From assembly GCF_009914755.1 (NCBI RefSeq), contig NC_060928.1: a stretch of 64,000 bases of DNA; one strand, 5' to 3'. The position numbers were made by a program, and so were the translations under genes. Positions 13,390-32,677 of the stretch are shown here, piece by piece. The first letter of the stretch is position 1. Every line of letters begins with the position of its first letter. The stretch comes from the human T2T-CHM13v2.0 reference genome, Homo sapiens. Under the pieces are notes generated by a model that saw nothing but the letters and a program-made list of their open reading frames with translations, did not search any database and was not told where the DNA came from.

Positions 13390-16300
13390 GATATTATTTA
13401 TTTTTGTAAATTCTGGTAAAGTATATATAACAACATTTACCATTTTAGCTACTTCTAAAAATTTATTTTTTATTTCAATACGTTTTTAGGGAGCAGGTGG
13501 TGTTTGGTTACATGAATAAATTTTTTAGTGGTGCTTTCTGAGATTTTGGTATACCTATCACCCAAGCAGTGTACATTGTACCCAGTGTGTAGTCTTTTAT
13601 CCCTCATCCCCCGCCAACCCTTTCCCAAGTCCCCAAAGTCCAGTGTATCATTCTCATGCCTTTGTGTCCTCATAGCTTAGCTCCCACTTATGAGTGAGAA
13701 CATACGATGTTTGGTTTTCCATTCCTGAGTTACTCCACTTAGAATAATAGTCTCAAATTCCATCCAGGTTGCTGTGAAGGCCATTATTTCATTCCTTTTT
13801 ATGGCTGAGTAGTATTCTGTGCTCTATACAGACTACATTTTCCACTTGTTGATTAATGGGCATTTGGGCTGGTTCCATATTTTTGCAATTGCAAATTGTG
13901 ATGCTGTAAACATGGCTGTGCAAGTATCTTTTTTGTATAATGACTTCTTTTCCTCTGAGTAGATCCCTAGTAGTGGGATTGCTGGATCAAACGGTAGATC
14001 TTTTAGCTCTTTAAGGAATCTCCATACTTTTTTCCATAGTGGTTGTACTAGTTTACGTTCCCACCAACGGTGTAAAAATGTTCCCTTTTTACCACATCTA
14101 CTCCTACATCTACTATCTTTTTATTTTTTTATCATGGCCATTCTTGCAGGAGTAAGGTGGTATCGCATTGTGGTTTTGATTTGCATTTCCCTGATGATTA
14201 GTGATGTTGAGCATTTTTTCATATGCTTGTTGGCCATTTGTGTATCTTCTTTTCAGAATTGTCTATTCGTGTCCTTAGCCCACTTTTTGATGGGATTGTT
14301 TATTTTTTTCTTGCTAATTTGTTTGAGTTTTCTGTAGATTCTGGATATTAGTCCTTTGTTGGATGTATAGATCATGAAGATTTTTTTCCCACTCTGTGGG
14401 TTGTCTGTTATTTCTGCTGATTATTTCTTTTGCTGTGCAGTAGCATTTTAGTGTTTTGCAACTGTCACCACCATCCATCACCAGAACTTTTCTCATCATG
14501 AAAAACTGAAACTATTAAACAATACCTCCCCATTTTCCCCTCCCTCATGCTCTGGAAAAACCATCATTCTATTTTTTATCTCTATGAATTTAACTACTCC
14601 AAGTACCTGATGTTAGTGGAATCACACAACATTTGTCCTTCTGTGACTGGCTTTTTTCACTTAGAATAATGTCTTCAGGGTTCATCCATGTGGTAGCGTG
14701 TGTTAGAATTTCATTGCTTTTTAAGGCTGATCATATTTCATTACATGTTTATACCACATTTTGTTTTGCTAACTATTTATCCAGCAATAGACACTTGATT
14801 TACTTCCACTTCTTGGCTATTGTTAGTAATGTTACAATGAATGTGGGTATGCAAATACCTCTTAAAAAGATCTTGCTTCCAATTCTTTTTGGTATATACC
14901 TAGTAGTAGAATTGCTGGGTTCTATGCTAATTCTGTTTTTAATTTTTTGAGGAATCATTAAACTCTCTACCACAACATCTATACCATTTTACATTCCAAC
15001 TAGCAGTGCACAAGGGTTCCAATCTCTCCATGTCCTCCCTGCCAACACTCGTTATTTTCTTATTTCATAACCATTAGGATATTTCTTATTTCATAACCAA
15101 TTCATCTTATATTTCTTATTTCATAACCATTAGGATAGTAGTCATCCTACTACTATCTTATTAAGGTGGTATCTTATTTTGGTTCTGATTTGCATTTCTT
15201 TAATGATTAGTGGTGGTGAGCATCCTTTCATGTCCTTATTGGCCATTTGTGTATCCTCTTTGGAGAAATGTCTATTCAAATCCTTTGTGCATTTTTAAAT
15301 TGGGTTGTTTATGGTTTTGTTGAGTTTTAGGAGTTTTCTATAATCTGGAGATGAAACCTCTGTCAGAGAGGTGATTTGCAGATTTTTTAAATATTTCGTG
15401 GTTTGCATTTTTACTATATCAATAGTGTTCTTTGATGCACAGAGTTTTTAATTTTGATGAATTCCAGTTTGTCTATTTCTTCTTTTGTTGCCTGTGCTTT
15501 TTGTGTCATAACCAAGAAATCATAGCTAAATCCAATGTGATGAAACTTTCCCTCTATATTCTGTGTGTTTTTTTTTTTTTTTGAGACGGAGTCTCACTCT
15601 GTTGCCCAGGCTGGAGTGAAGTGGCACGATCTCGGCTCCCTGCAACCTCCAACCCCTGAGTTCAAGCGATTCTCCTGCCTTAGCCTCCTGAGTAACTGGG
15701 ATTATAGGCGCCGCCCCCAACCCCCTCCACCACACCTGGCTAATTTTTATATTTTTAGTAGTGACAGGGTTTTGCCATGTTGGCCAGGTTGGTCTCCAAC
15801 TCCTGACCTCAGGTGATCCACCTGCCTTAGCCTCCCAAAGTGCTAGGATTACAGTTGTGAGCCACCATGCACGGCACCCTATATTCTGTAAGTTTTATAA
15901 TTTTTAGCTATTTTGTTTCGATCTTTGATCTACTTTAATTGTTATATATAGGGTTAGGTGGCAAGGATCCAGCTTCATTCTTCTGCCTGTGAATGTCCAA
16001 TTTTCCCAACATGATTTGTTGAAAACACTGTTCTTTCCCTATTGAATGGTCTCGACACCCTTGTTGAAAATCACTTTACCATATATTATTTCTGGGCTAT
16101 ATTCCCTTGTTCTATATGTCTGTCTTTAAGCCAGTACCACACTGTTTTGATTATTGTAGCTTTGTAGTAAGTTTAGAAGTCAAGAAGTCTGAGTCCTCCA
16201 ACTTCGTTCTCTTCAAAATTGTTTCAGCCATTCAGGATCTCTTGAGATTCTATATGGATTTTAGAATGAATTTTTTTTTTATTTCTGCAAAAAAAAGTTA

Positions 16301-16620
16301 TTGAAATTTTGTTGGGGATTGCATTGAACCTGTAGATTGCTTTTGGTAGTACTGACAGCAATATTAATTCTTCCAATCCATGAATATGGGATGTCTTTCC
16401 AGATATTTGTCTTCTTTAGTCTCTTTCATCAGTGTTTTGTAGTTTTCATTGTAGAATTATTTCGCTTCCTTGTTTACATTAATCCCTAAGAATTTTTTTA
16501 ATGCTATTGTAAGTGGAATTTTTTTCTTAATTTTGTTTTTGGATTATTCACTGTTAGTGTATCGAAACACAGCTGATTATTGTGTGTTGACTTTGAATCC
16601 TGCTACTTTGCTGAATTGCA
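13390..16620 (-). mobile_element. Nested L1 fragments (older L1M interrupted by an L1PB-like 3' end at ~13460-14440)
   Basis: Reverse-strand L1 3'UTR/ORF2 motifs (gtggtatc..gttttgatttgcattt) seen twice. Confidence 0.85.
15566..15877 (-). mobile_element. Alu within L1
   Basis: Poly-T plus reverse Alu; TSD-like CCCT(CT)ATATTCTGT. Confidence 0.93.
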
Positions 16621-16667
16621 TAGTTTTAAGTGTTTTCATAACTCCCAGGATATTTTCCCTGTGGCAG

Positions 16668-16799
16668 ATTGTTTCCAAGTTGAAGGATGAAATAATCCTA
16701 ATAGAGAAAGAACGCACAGACCTTCAGCTGCACATGGCAAGAACGGATTGGTGGTGTGAAAACCTTGGCATGTGGAAAGCCTCCATCACCAGTGGAGAG
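16668..16799 (+). CDS. SNX25: SNX25 coding exon C
   Basis: ggcag acceptor, 132 nt IVSKLKDEI...RTDWWCENLGMWKASITSGE, GTAGTT donor. Confidence 0.93.
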
Positions 16800-18720
16800 G
16801 TAGTTTTGACTGCTTTTCCTCTTAATTTATTTTAAAAGTTTGACTTTATTAAAAAAGATTTTATCCTGAAGAATGAAGATTGAGGGTAGAAAACTTACAC
16901 TCATTCTTTTAGACCATATTTGTCCTACCTTCCTTCCCCCACAATTTTCACTCCGGTTCACTCATGACTGGGAACTATACAAGGCTGCTTGGTATAGATC
17001 TGATCTCACTCCACTTCAAACAGCAAGTTCTTCCTGTTCACTGGAATTGAAAGCAGCTTTAATGTCCTTGAATTACCAATTTATTTTTCCATTAAGAGTT
17101 GAAATGAAAGCACTTTTTGAATCTTGGAGATGAAAAACTAAAAATGTAAGTGCATCTGATAGTTTCATCCTGCCAACTTCAATTGCTTAAATTTCAGTAT
17201 CTCTAAAATCTTCAATGAATATGTTTTTTGAATTATTTTGCTGTTTTTTTTGAGGGATATGAGATAAGAGTTTGTAGAATATACTGTATCCCTTTTCATT
17301 TGTCTATAAAAATAATTTCATTTAGGAGGAAAGACGCTTATAGGCGTTTATGTCATTACTGTTGACAACTTCCTTCTCCCCTGCCCTACTGTCTGTCAAG
17401 TGGAAACCTGGAGATGAAAGTCATATAATGTCATTTGCATAACCACATTATAAGCAAATATCAAGGTCCTGAGCAAGAGAGTGCTTTTTTTTGTCCTCAT
17501 TGGTATTTAATATGGCTTATCTTTGTTCTTCCCTGCCTTTCCCTCAAGCCAGTGGCTTGACACTCTTACAGGGGTTGGGAGAGGGTCAAAATTCACGACC
17601 TTAAATTTATCTCTAGGTTGGATAGCAAAACAAAGCATGTTCTCCAAGACCTACCCTGAAGGGACACACAGTACATGAGGGCCTAACCAGGTGCCTTCTG
17701 TATGTCTTTGGCACTTGCTGGTGCTCCCATTAAGCTAAGCTGCTGAACAATACACATTTCTCCATGGAAGGCAGAGAGCAGTGGATCAGGGAAGGTCATG
17801 CCCAGCCTCAGACTCCCACATAGAAACCCTCAGTAACTGCAGATAGTTACTGTTTGGGTGGAACTGTAGGAAGGTAATGGACTCAGGGGAATGTAATGGC
17901 AAAAGCTGCTACAAGAGGCTGCTGGAGGACAGAATACAAATTCTGTTACCTCCTCAGTTTTGCTTAGAGCTGGCCCTGACACTTCACAGTGTATTAAAAT
18001 CATCTTCCAAAGGCAGATATTAGGGGGAGCAGAAAGGGAAGGAAGGAGTGGAAACCATCACAAGGGTCTGTGCCCTGGCCGTCAGTTGCTGCTTGCTGAA
18101 GCACTCTGGCTGGTGAAAAGATAGTGGAAATGGGAAAGGGGCACCTGACGTCTAGAGCTCACGAAGCAGTCCCAGAAAGGTGCGGAGGATGCATTTTCAT
18201 CAAGCTGGACGTGCCTGTATTCTGTGCTAGCTGACTCATCAGAGGTGTGGTCCTAGGAAAGTCAGGGACCCTGTCTGTGCCTCTACTTCCCTATCCTTAC
18301 AGTGGGGTGGTAATCCTGCCTCACAGAGTGGGTGCTCAGTAAACCTCTCATCTCTTTCCCTGGCCTTTCTTATTGACTCCTTCTCTCTCATTCAATTTAT
18401 GATGCTAATTCAAGCTCAAATTCAATGTATTTTCTATTGTTTTCTCTTAGCTTCTTATGTTAAGTATAGTAGTGGCCTATTCTGGATTAGTGTGTGTGTA
18501 TGTGCACGTGTGCACGCATGCACACATACAATATCTCAGTTGGGAGGTAAAGGAAATTATATCTCCCAATGTAAAATTTAATGAGAATAGAAATCAGGGC
18601 TTGTTGGATCCTGAAATTAAACTGGAGGTGCCCCCATCCTTCTCTGAGAGAGTTTCTGATGTATTTGATGGCTGTTTGCTTGCTGTTAATTTCTTTTCAA
18701 AGTAACACAGGATGAGCCTG

Positions 18721-19200
18721 CTGTATAGTTTTCTTTTGCTGTGTAACACATTTCATGCTTAAAGCAACACCCATTTATTGGTCACACCTCTGTAGGTCTG
18801 GAGTCCAGCACAGGATGCATTGGCTCCCTGCTGATTGTATCACAGGCCGAAGTCAGTATGTTTCCCAGACTAAAGTCTTGTCTGAAGACTCAGTAAAACC
18901 CACTTCCAAGCTTATTCAGATTGTTGGCAGAATTCAGTTCCTTTGGTCATAGAACTGAGATATCTGTTTTCTTGCTGGTTTCCTTCTTGGGATTTGAATC
19001 TTTCTGACTTCCTTTCGTATCACTGGCTAGCAAAAACTCTTTGCTTTTAGGTTAGGCCCACCCAGGAAATCCCCCTATTTTAGTCTACTATGCCATATAA
19101 TGTATCTTAGTTACTAGAATAAAATCTATAATATTCACAGTTCCAGGGATCCTGCAAGGTACATCACGGGGAGGGAAATCTCCTTAGGGGGACACTTACA
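18721..19200 (-). mobile_element. MaLR LTR (MLT1-like)
   Basis: Typical MLT1 reverse motifs (gctgtgtaaca..gcttaaagcaac, gttggcagaattcagttcct). Confidence 0.7.
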
Positions 19201-19264
19201 GATCTTCCTTCTGCATCCATTCACCATGCTTTTTGTAAGTATCGATTTTGATGTTTTCCCCAAG

Positions 19265-19405
19265 GTTACAGAAGAGAATGGTGAGCAATTGCCATGTTAC
19301 TTTGTCATGGTAAGCCTACAAGAAGTTGGAGGAGTTGAAACTAAGAACTGGACGGTCCCCAGAAGGCTCAGCGAGTTTCAGAATTTACACCGGAAACTCA
19401 GTGAG
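19265..19405 (+). CDS. SNX25: SNX25 coding exon D (PX domain start)
   Basis: 141 nt VTEENGEQLPCYFVMV...RRLSEFQNLHRKLSE; PX signature RRxSEFxxLHxxL; GTATGA donor. Confidence 0.95.
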
Positions 19406-19753
19406 GTATGAATACTCATGAACGCAGTATTCTAGAATTACTGCACAAGAGCTCATTTCAATTTTACACATAAGAAAGCTGATTAATCTTCTTCCTTTGC
19501 TGTTGATACTGGCACAGTGGCATTTTCATCCTGACATTTGGAAATTTACTCATAGATCAAACCATCTAGTCTAGCCTAAGTCCATCAGGACAGATAACGG
19601 TCTGATTTTCATTGTAAATTGCCAGAGAACCCTAGAGCTGGAAGAGACCTAAGGATCACCTAGGTATCTCACAACTGGCAGCTGCCGATTGTGATATCTT
19701 GATGGTAGTGAAATCAGTTGTGAGTTGCAGCAGTAGAAAGAATGAGCTGCATT

Positions 19754-20632
<879 letters not shown>

Positions 20633-21075
20633 TGTGTTTTTTGGTAGTAGCAGTAGTAATGAGCATTGTTTCATAGACCTTTGGTTTCAGTTTTATTTAT
20701 GTATATGTATATATGTATGTGCATTATGGATTGCAATGTAGCATGCATTTCCTACTGTGAGTTTCAGTTAAAATGTTTGAAAGCCACTAATCTAGGTTAA
20801 TTCTTTTATTTGAGAGAGGAGGGAAACCGATCCCAGAGCTTAACTGACTTGTCATAGGACATGTACATAGTGGCTAAATCAAGATTATTAATGGAATCTT
20901 ACTTTTAGATTATTCTTCCTACTTTTCCTCAGGAATTGCCATCTTCTCTAATTCTCCTTCTACTATGGGTCATTGCCTTTTTTCCCCAGCAGTGAACAGT
21001 TCTTCAATTATTTCTACTTGAATTTAGGTCCATTTTTCTCTTGCTTAGCGTGAACTGATACTGGTGAAACTATAA

Positions 21076-21988
<913 letters not shown>

Positions 21989-22801
21989 AAAACCTCATGG
22001 GCACCTCTCAGACTCCTCTTCTATGAATGAAATGTGTCTCTTTTCTTTAACCTTGTCTCCAGAGTGATTTTTTAACCTGTTTTCATCACTACATACTATA
22101 ATTTCTTCAACTGCTTTTTAAGGATAGTGACCCAAACTGAATGTCATGCATGCTACATTTCTCAGATGGCCTTTGGTCACCTTAGCACTGTGGAAAGCAA
22201 AAATTTGTCTCAGTATAACAATGAATTTTCCCCAGAGTTGTTGAGTAAAATTGATACTACAGAAAAATGTGTTGTTTTCTCTGTGGAAAAACTATTGTGA
22301 AACCAAAGTTTGTATCAAAACAGGAGGAAAAAGAGTTGAGGGAAAATTTTGAAATGAAATGTCTTTGGAAGGTAGAATTTACTTAGACAATCAAAACAAT
22401 TAGATGGAAGCATTAAAAGAAACAAACATGAAAGTCCATGCCCGTCCTCTTTGTCATCTTTCCTCGTCTGTGGACTGATGGCTGGGCTATTCTCTTACCC
22501 CTGCCCTTTCCTACGGTGTGAGTTTTCCTGTTGTGAGAACCCTTCCTGTCGACAGCTGTGACAGGAAGTACCTTTTTGGGTACTTAGTGATTTTAGTCTT
22601 CCCTTCCAACTCTCACTGCCTGTTTCATTTCTCTGAAATTTCACAGAGCTGTTGTAAGCATGAAATAACACATGCTATGCTTCTAGCACAGTGTCTGGTA
22701 GAAGGGAGGACTTAATCCACAAAGGGTGCGCTCTTCGTACTATGAATATATTTTGTTAATATACTTACAATCTACAGTTTGCCACTGAGAGGCAGTAATA
22801 A

Positions 22802-23484
<683 letters not shown>

Positions 23485-23825
23485 TAAAAACACAACACCT
23501 TCTAGTTGAAAAACTTTCTGTGAGCCAGGTTTCCATTTGTCACATCATGTGCCACCCTGCGTGGTGTGCAGATCCCTCGTACCAGCCTGGCCTTGTGACT
23601 TCCCAGCTCCCGGGGATCTGTAGGTTTGGGGATGTGCTTTAGTTTTTTCCATCAAAGTTTCCGTTCCTCCCAATTCTTCGAGCCTCATTAAGATGGGTAG
23701 GTTTTCACCTCAGAGGAACAAGTACAGGAGGAGGATATTTGTTTTGTTCTAATTGTTATTCTAAATCTTTTTTAAGATTAAAATGTAATTTCAAAATACT
23801 AACATTTCATTTTTTCCCCCCACAG

Positions 23826-23939
23826 TGCGTCCCTTCTTTAAAAAAAGTCCAGTTGCCTTCTCTTAGCAAGCTGCCTTTCAAATCTATAGATCAAAAGTTT
23901 ATGGAAAAGTCGAAGAATCAATTAAATAAGTTTTTACAG
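23826..23939 (+). CDS. SNX25: SNX25 coding exon E (PX domain)
   Basis: TACTAAC branch point 23797-23803, pyrimidine tract, cacag acceptor, 114 nt CVPSLKKVQLPS...QLNKFLQ, GTAAGC donor. Confidence 0.95.
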
Positions 23940-24074
23940 GTAAGCAAGTGAAAAATGTGGGATATGAGAGAAAAAATTAGTTATTTAGGGTTAAACTGTC
24001 ATCATTCTACGAGCTTGGTAGTTTGCTTTTTGTTCTCACAAGCCATGCTAGATGCTAAAAAAATATCTTGGGTG

Positions 24075-25370
<1,296 letters not shown>

Positions 25371-25609
25371 CAGTCTGTTTTTAAATAATAAGGCCAAAGG
25401 TGTACTGTCCTCAATAACAACCACTTTTTTTTCCTTTGCTGCACCATCTATATTCAGAGTATAATTGTTAATCACACTTTGGATCTTAAAGCCCTGAAGT
25501 TCTCAGAGGCATGGAACTTTGCCTCATAAAACATGTTTTGCCTCTGCAGTAGAAGCTAGACATTCTGAGACTGAAAAAAAATGTTCTGAATATTTGTATC
25601 CTTTAAAGA

Positions 25610-27060
<1,451 letters not shown>

Positions 27061-27869
27061 CCTTCATTTGAATATAATTTAAGGCCAAAGATTTACATCT
27101 GTAATGATTTCCCTATTAATATGCTGATTGTATTAAGTTTGGGACTTAACCATTAGTATATCCTGCTATTTTGTAAAATGTTAGAGAGTAGATGAGTGAA
27201 GGACATCAAGATGGGGGAGAACATCTCACTACTCCTGATCCATCCTCACATACAGGTTGAACTGACCATTTAATTCTGAAAAACGAATGAAGACTGTCTG
27301 CAGGGTTCAGGGACAGGGAGGGCAGTAGGGGCACTGCCCATCCCCCTTAATCTCCTTCTCAATGGCCATGGCAGGGCCTGCCCACCTCCAGGCCAGTCTC
27401 CTGCAGGGTACGTGAATGCTGATGGTGTTCCGTGGACCCCTTGTCCCCAGCGGGGCAGTATTGGGCCCTCTCAGAGGTGATTTTTCTAGGGAGGGTCATA
27501 GCGTTCGTCAGGTCATTAGCCATCTAAACAAATAGGATGTTGCCATCATGGACCAACCCCTCTGGAACTAGACCTGAACTTCCACCTCCCCCACACTCTG
27601 TCATCAGAGGCATAGCTGGCTTCTGAGTGTTCCATCTCCCTATGTGGCTGACAGTTCTTATAGGTTTACATATTCCTAAGCCCAGTGTCTTATAATACTA
27701 GATGTGTAAATATTCTGTGGTCACATTGTTAATTCTGCTGTCTTACCATAGCACTTGTACATAGACAAGCTCGATTTATGTTCTTCTTTACTCTCTCCTA
27801 AGGTCAGGTAAGTACATACAGAACTTTGGGAACTTTCCAGTTTGAGGGCTGGTAGAAACTGTTATATAT

Positions 27870-28176
<307 letters not shown>

Positions 28177-28733
28177 TTACATAATTATGTAAATGCGCAC
28201 TGCCTGGAAAGTGGCAGCACTGGGAAATGAAACTATTGCCTGGCAGGTAGTGCCACCATGTGAAAACTCAAAGTTCTTTTTTTCAGCTGATGTACAAAGT
28301 CTGAATATAACCATAAAAGGGCAATTTAGAGGTATCCATGTGTAATTTGCAAAAATTTAAGTTGGTCAAACACAGATGACTGAAAGTTGTATTTCAAAAG
28401 TGGTAGCGCCTGGGATCTGTGAGCTGTAAAGTAAGAATTTTCTGTTGCACCAAGCAGTGCAAAGCGGAGTGAGTTCTGCCTTTTGCATAGTTATCTCCCA
28501 TGAGCAGAGTGATTTGGGCACTACTAGTTAACCTGGAGGGGATTGTTTGCCATTAAGATCATTAAGAATTGATCTTATATAGTTTGTTTCAGGGGGAAAG
28601 GGAAGTGGTTTTCGGTTCAGAAGTCTGATGAAAGTAAATTCGTGACAGCTCTGCCTCGCTCACCTTTACTTGTAGCTCCCAGCCACACAGATAGTTTCCC
28701 ACACTGGAGCAGTTAATCCTCTTTCTTCCATAG

Positions 28734-28898
28734 AATCTGCTTTCAGATGAAAGACTGTGTCAGAGTGAAGCACTTTATGCCTTCTTGAGCCCTTCTCCTG
28801 ACTACCTCAAGGTTATCGACGTGCAGGGGAAAAAAAATTCTTTTTCATTATCCTCATTTTTGGAAAGACTTCCTCGCGACTTCTTCTCCCACCAGGAG
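28734..28898 (+). CDS. SNX25: SNX25 coding exon F (PX domain end)
   Basis: catag acceptor, 165 nt NLLSDERLCQSEALYAFLSPSP...FFSHQE, GTGAGC donor. Confidence 0.93.
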
Positions 28899-30773
28899 GT
28901 GAGCCGTTGAAAGAGTGAACCACTTTTGTAGTGTATTTCAGCAGATACTAAGCTCATGCTCCTCATGGGGGGAAGCAAATCCCTCTATTTTCAGTCATTA
29001 GCACTGTCACATTTTGAGGCACCTGCTTGTATTTCTGTATCTTAATTCTTCCAAGTGACTTGCAGGGGAGGACAGAGTGGTTTTACCACTTCGGAGTTGG
29101 TAAGTGAAATGCGAGTAGGAAGTTCTGCAGGAGCCCCGCTACACACGGGGCGCCAGTCCCCAGGTCGGGGGAGGCCAAGTGCGGGCCGTCATTGCGGGGT
29201 GGGGGGGTTCATGCTGAAGGTTCACAGTAGAGGAGGTTGTGTTTATGGAACAGGCCGGAGGTCGTTGGCCTGGACTGGAGGGTTGGTGCCGTGCTCTAAT
29301 GGAAGATTAAGTACAGCATAGAAGTGGGGAGGGGCAAGGTTCACGCCAGGCTGAGAGTTTAGGCTGTATTCTCAGGCATGAAGAAGCATGGGATATTCTG
29401 AAGCAGGATGATCTGGCAATGGTATGTGGATAAGGGAAAGTATAGAGCCTGCAGAGCTTTCGATCTCATCTTCTGAACCCCAGACTTCTCCCCCAGAGTA
29501 GGCTGTGCACTCCTGTTCACACCACGGAGGCGCCTTGCCTGGCCCTCTAGCAAATTGCACAGGACCAGCTCTGAAATGTGGCTTCCCCTCAGTCCATTGC
29601 CAAATGCTACTGCCTCTTCACCAGAGGTGGCTTCGAGTTTGGACAGAGGAACTGATGGTGAAAAGCAGCATGCTGCTCTTCTGCATTCTCAGCTGGGGCG
29701 GAAGTCAGCACGTCCCACAGAGCACACCCACACCTGCTCCAGTCCACACATCTACCCACGGCCCCCCAAGCATCTCCCACCTCTTTCCTTCATGTGTCCG
29801 TCTGTACTTGGCTGCTTACCTGTCTCACCTCCCTTTTATTCCTGAACCCCTGGAGTTAATATATGACTCAGTCACTCTATGAAGTGACTCTGAAGCTGCC
29901 AGTGGCTTCCTCTCAGTCTTTACCTTTCTCAGCCTCTTTTGAGGCGTTTGCTGTTGCTGGATTTCTGTGATGCTGTTTTTAGGGAACTCCTCCAGCCTCT
30001 ATGACTTCCCTGTCCCTTCCTCTGCTCGCCTGATGTAAGTAAGTATCTCCCAAAGACCTGCCTGGGCTCGCACTTCAGCTCCTACCTCTACACAGACACT
30101 GCAGTGCCCATCCTCAGCTGCCCTCCAGCACCTAATGTTTGCAGCTCTGGGACAGCACTGTCTCCTGCCCTATCATAACACCTGCCTGTGTGTCTGTCAG
30201 TCTCCCCAGAAGGCAGTGGGCCACAGAAGTCTAGATCCCCCTCACACTCATTTGCATTATCCTGTTGCCTGGTATGTCATGAGTTTTTAACTGAAACCTG
30301 CTGATGCGCAGATCAAGAAATGGGACTAGCTGAAGGACAGAATAAAAGCTTAAGTCACAGCTTTAAAAATAACTAAATTACTTTAAAATGCATGTTTGAA
30401 AAAAAGCAGTGAATTTAAAATTATTTACTTCCTGCTGTTTTAAGGGAGTGAAAAATAAAAAATAAGTTAAAAGCCTTAGTTTTGAAATTCAAAATGGTTA
30501 GAAAACTATTTTATTGTCTATTAATTCACTGATTATAATACAGCGACAGATTTTTTTTTAAATTAGCTTATTTTAAGCCTTGAATAAGGCTCGAGAATCA
30601 AGCTTTTCTGAATCTGTCCTCTGTGTTGAAAATGGTAGTTTCTGCATGAAAACTAAAGAATTAAGGCTAAAATACGAGCAGATAGTTTGGAATTTACACT
30701 TGAAGAGGGAGAACAACTCTACCAATTTTCTTGGATAAGTTATCTGCTTCCTATGACTTTGCTGTATTCCCAG

Positions 30774-30891
30774 GAGGAGACAGAGGAGGACAGTGACCTG
30801 TCAGATTATGGTGATGATGTGGATGGGAGGAAAGACGCCTTGGCTGAACCATGTTTCATGTTGATTGGGGAGATTTTTGAACTTCGAGGAA
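30774..30891 (+). CDS. SNX25: SNX25 coding exon G
   Basis: cccag acceptor, 118 nt EETEEDSDLSD...EPCFMLIGEIFELRG, GTAAGC donor, ends phase 1. Confidence 0.93.
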
Positions 30892-31052
30892 GTAAGCTTC
30901 TTTGTTATTATTTAGTGGTATTTGCTAGTTAAGTGGTATATATAATCGTACATTCACATGCATTTAATATCCCTTTATTGCTGAAATGCATCAGACATGT
31001 ATTTATATTCATGCATCCATTCATTCAACATAGCCTTTTAAGAGCCAACCCA

Positions 31053-31392
<340 letters not shown>

Positions 31393-31659
31393 TCATCTCT
31401 GTCCTAACGTAACATAGCGTCCTGATTTACTCTGCCCCATGTTCCTCTGACTACAGAAGGTTAGAATCCTTCACGTTGCTTTTTATGTGACTTGGCATAG
31501 CTTCCATTGCCTTGTCACTAAAAGTTATACAGAAAACTGTTTTGCTTAGCACAGAAGAATCCTGTTGTTAAAGGTGAGTGTTGGTGTTAGGATAATTCCA
31601 TGGCCAAGGACGTGGGAATGCCTCCACCCTATTTTTCAGCTACCTTTTTTCCTCTTGAG

Positions 31660-31862
31660 CAGTAGTTCTTCATGGAGGGAAGGAGGGACATATGGTGATG
31701 TCTGAAAATGTTTTTGATTGTCTTAACTTGGAGTGAGGGGTGCTACTGGCATCTAGCAGGTAGAGTCTGGGATACTGCTAAACATTCTACTGTGCTCAGG
31801 ACAGCCCCGCGGCAGAGTTGTCCTGCCCCCAATGACAGTAATGCTGGAGTTGAGAAATCCTA
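31660..31862 (+). mobile_element. MER20 hAT DNA transposon
   Basis: GGTGCTACTGGCATCTAG..GATACTGCTAAACATTCTAC..GTTGAGAAATCCT. Confidence 0.8.
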
Positions 31863-32566
31863 CCCTAGTGAATCCTCAAGGAGAGATGTACGTAGAAGAA
31901 ACCATTGTAAAATGGGGATCAAAGTTCCATTTCCTTAAGAGCTATACAAGTGCCTCTCCCTGAAAGCATCACCTTGGTGAAAGGTAAACTGGACTCCATG
32001 GCTTAGTGTTGAGCGTTGAATAGGACTTAATGCTACTCTCCGTCCACACATTCACAGCTCCCAACACTCTAAATCTTGACACCAGTAGACTTTGTCATAC
32101 CTAGAGCCTCAGTACCAGCTAGAGATATGGCAGGTGCCCACGGGCACACCTGACCACCTCGAAGAGGAAGCAAATGAGAAGAGCAAGGGTTAGTAAGACT
32201 CAGTAGTGGCACCAGCCAGCCAAATAGTGCAGCGTCCATGTCCTGGGCTCTGTCCGTTCACATCAGCACCTTTTCCCTTGAGACAAAGGAGTAGGCTACC
32301 AGTTGGTCTTACATAGGAAATGGGGCTGTGGATCCCTTCTCATTTATAAATCCCTTAACATGTCACTTAAAGAATTATTAACAGATGAAAAAATTTCAAG
32401 TGCAACTTGAATTTGTCTTCTGTGTCTTAATCCTCAGTATCTACTACAATGCCTGACCCATGGTAGGGGATCAGTAAAATGCCTGGATGGATGCACTGAT
32501 GAGTGAATAGGCAAGAAAAATGTTAAGTGCCAGAATGAATTACCTTTGCTCATTGACCTTTTTCTC

Positions 32567-32677
32567 CTTCTGAGCCAAAGCTAAGAGAATATATAATGTC
32601 AATCATCAAAGACTTTGAGAGCTTCTGAGCCAAAGCTAAGAGAATATAAAATGTCAGTCATCAAACACTTTGAGAGC
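32567..32677 (+). repeat. Tandem duplication, 55 nt x2
   Basis: CTTCTGAGCCAAAGCTAAGAGAATATA... at 32567 and 32622, 3 mismatches. Confidence 0.93.

Noticed and set aside
29055-29882. Cluster of overlapping ORFs in a GC-richer patch
   Set aside because: No recognisable domain, non-ATG starts for several, and no exon structure beyond the small candidate exon reported
30771-30779. CAG-GAG-GAG tandem acceptor
   Set aside because: GAG acceptors are rarely used and the effect would be one or two Glu in an acidic run
32567-32677. 55-nt duplication as a functional element (also the 39-nt one at 45719-45795)
   Set aside because: Simple two-copy intronic duplications with no motif or structure to support a function
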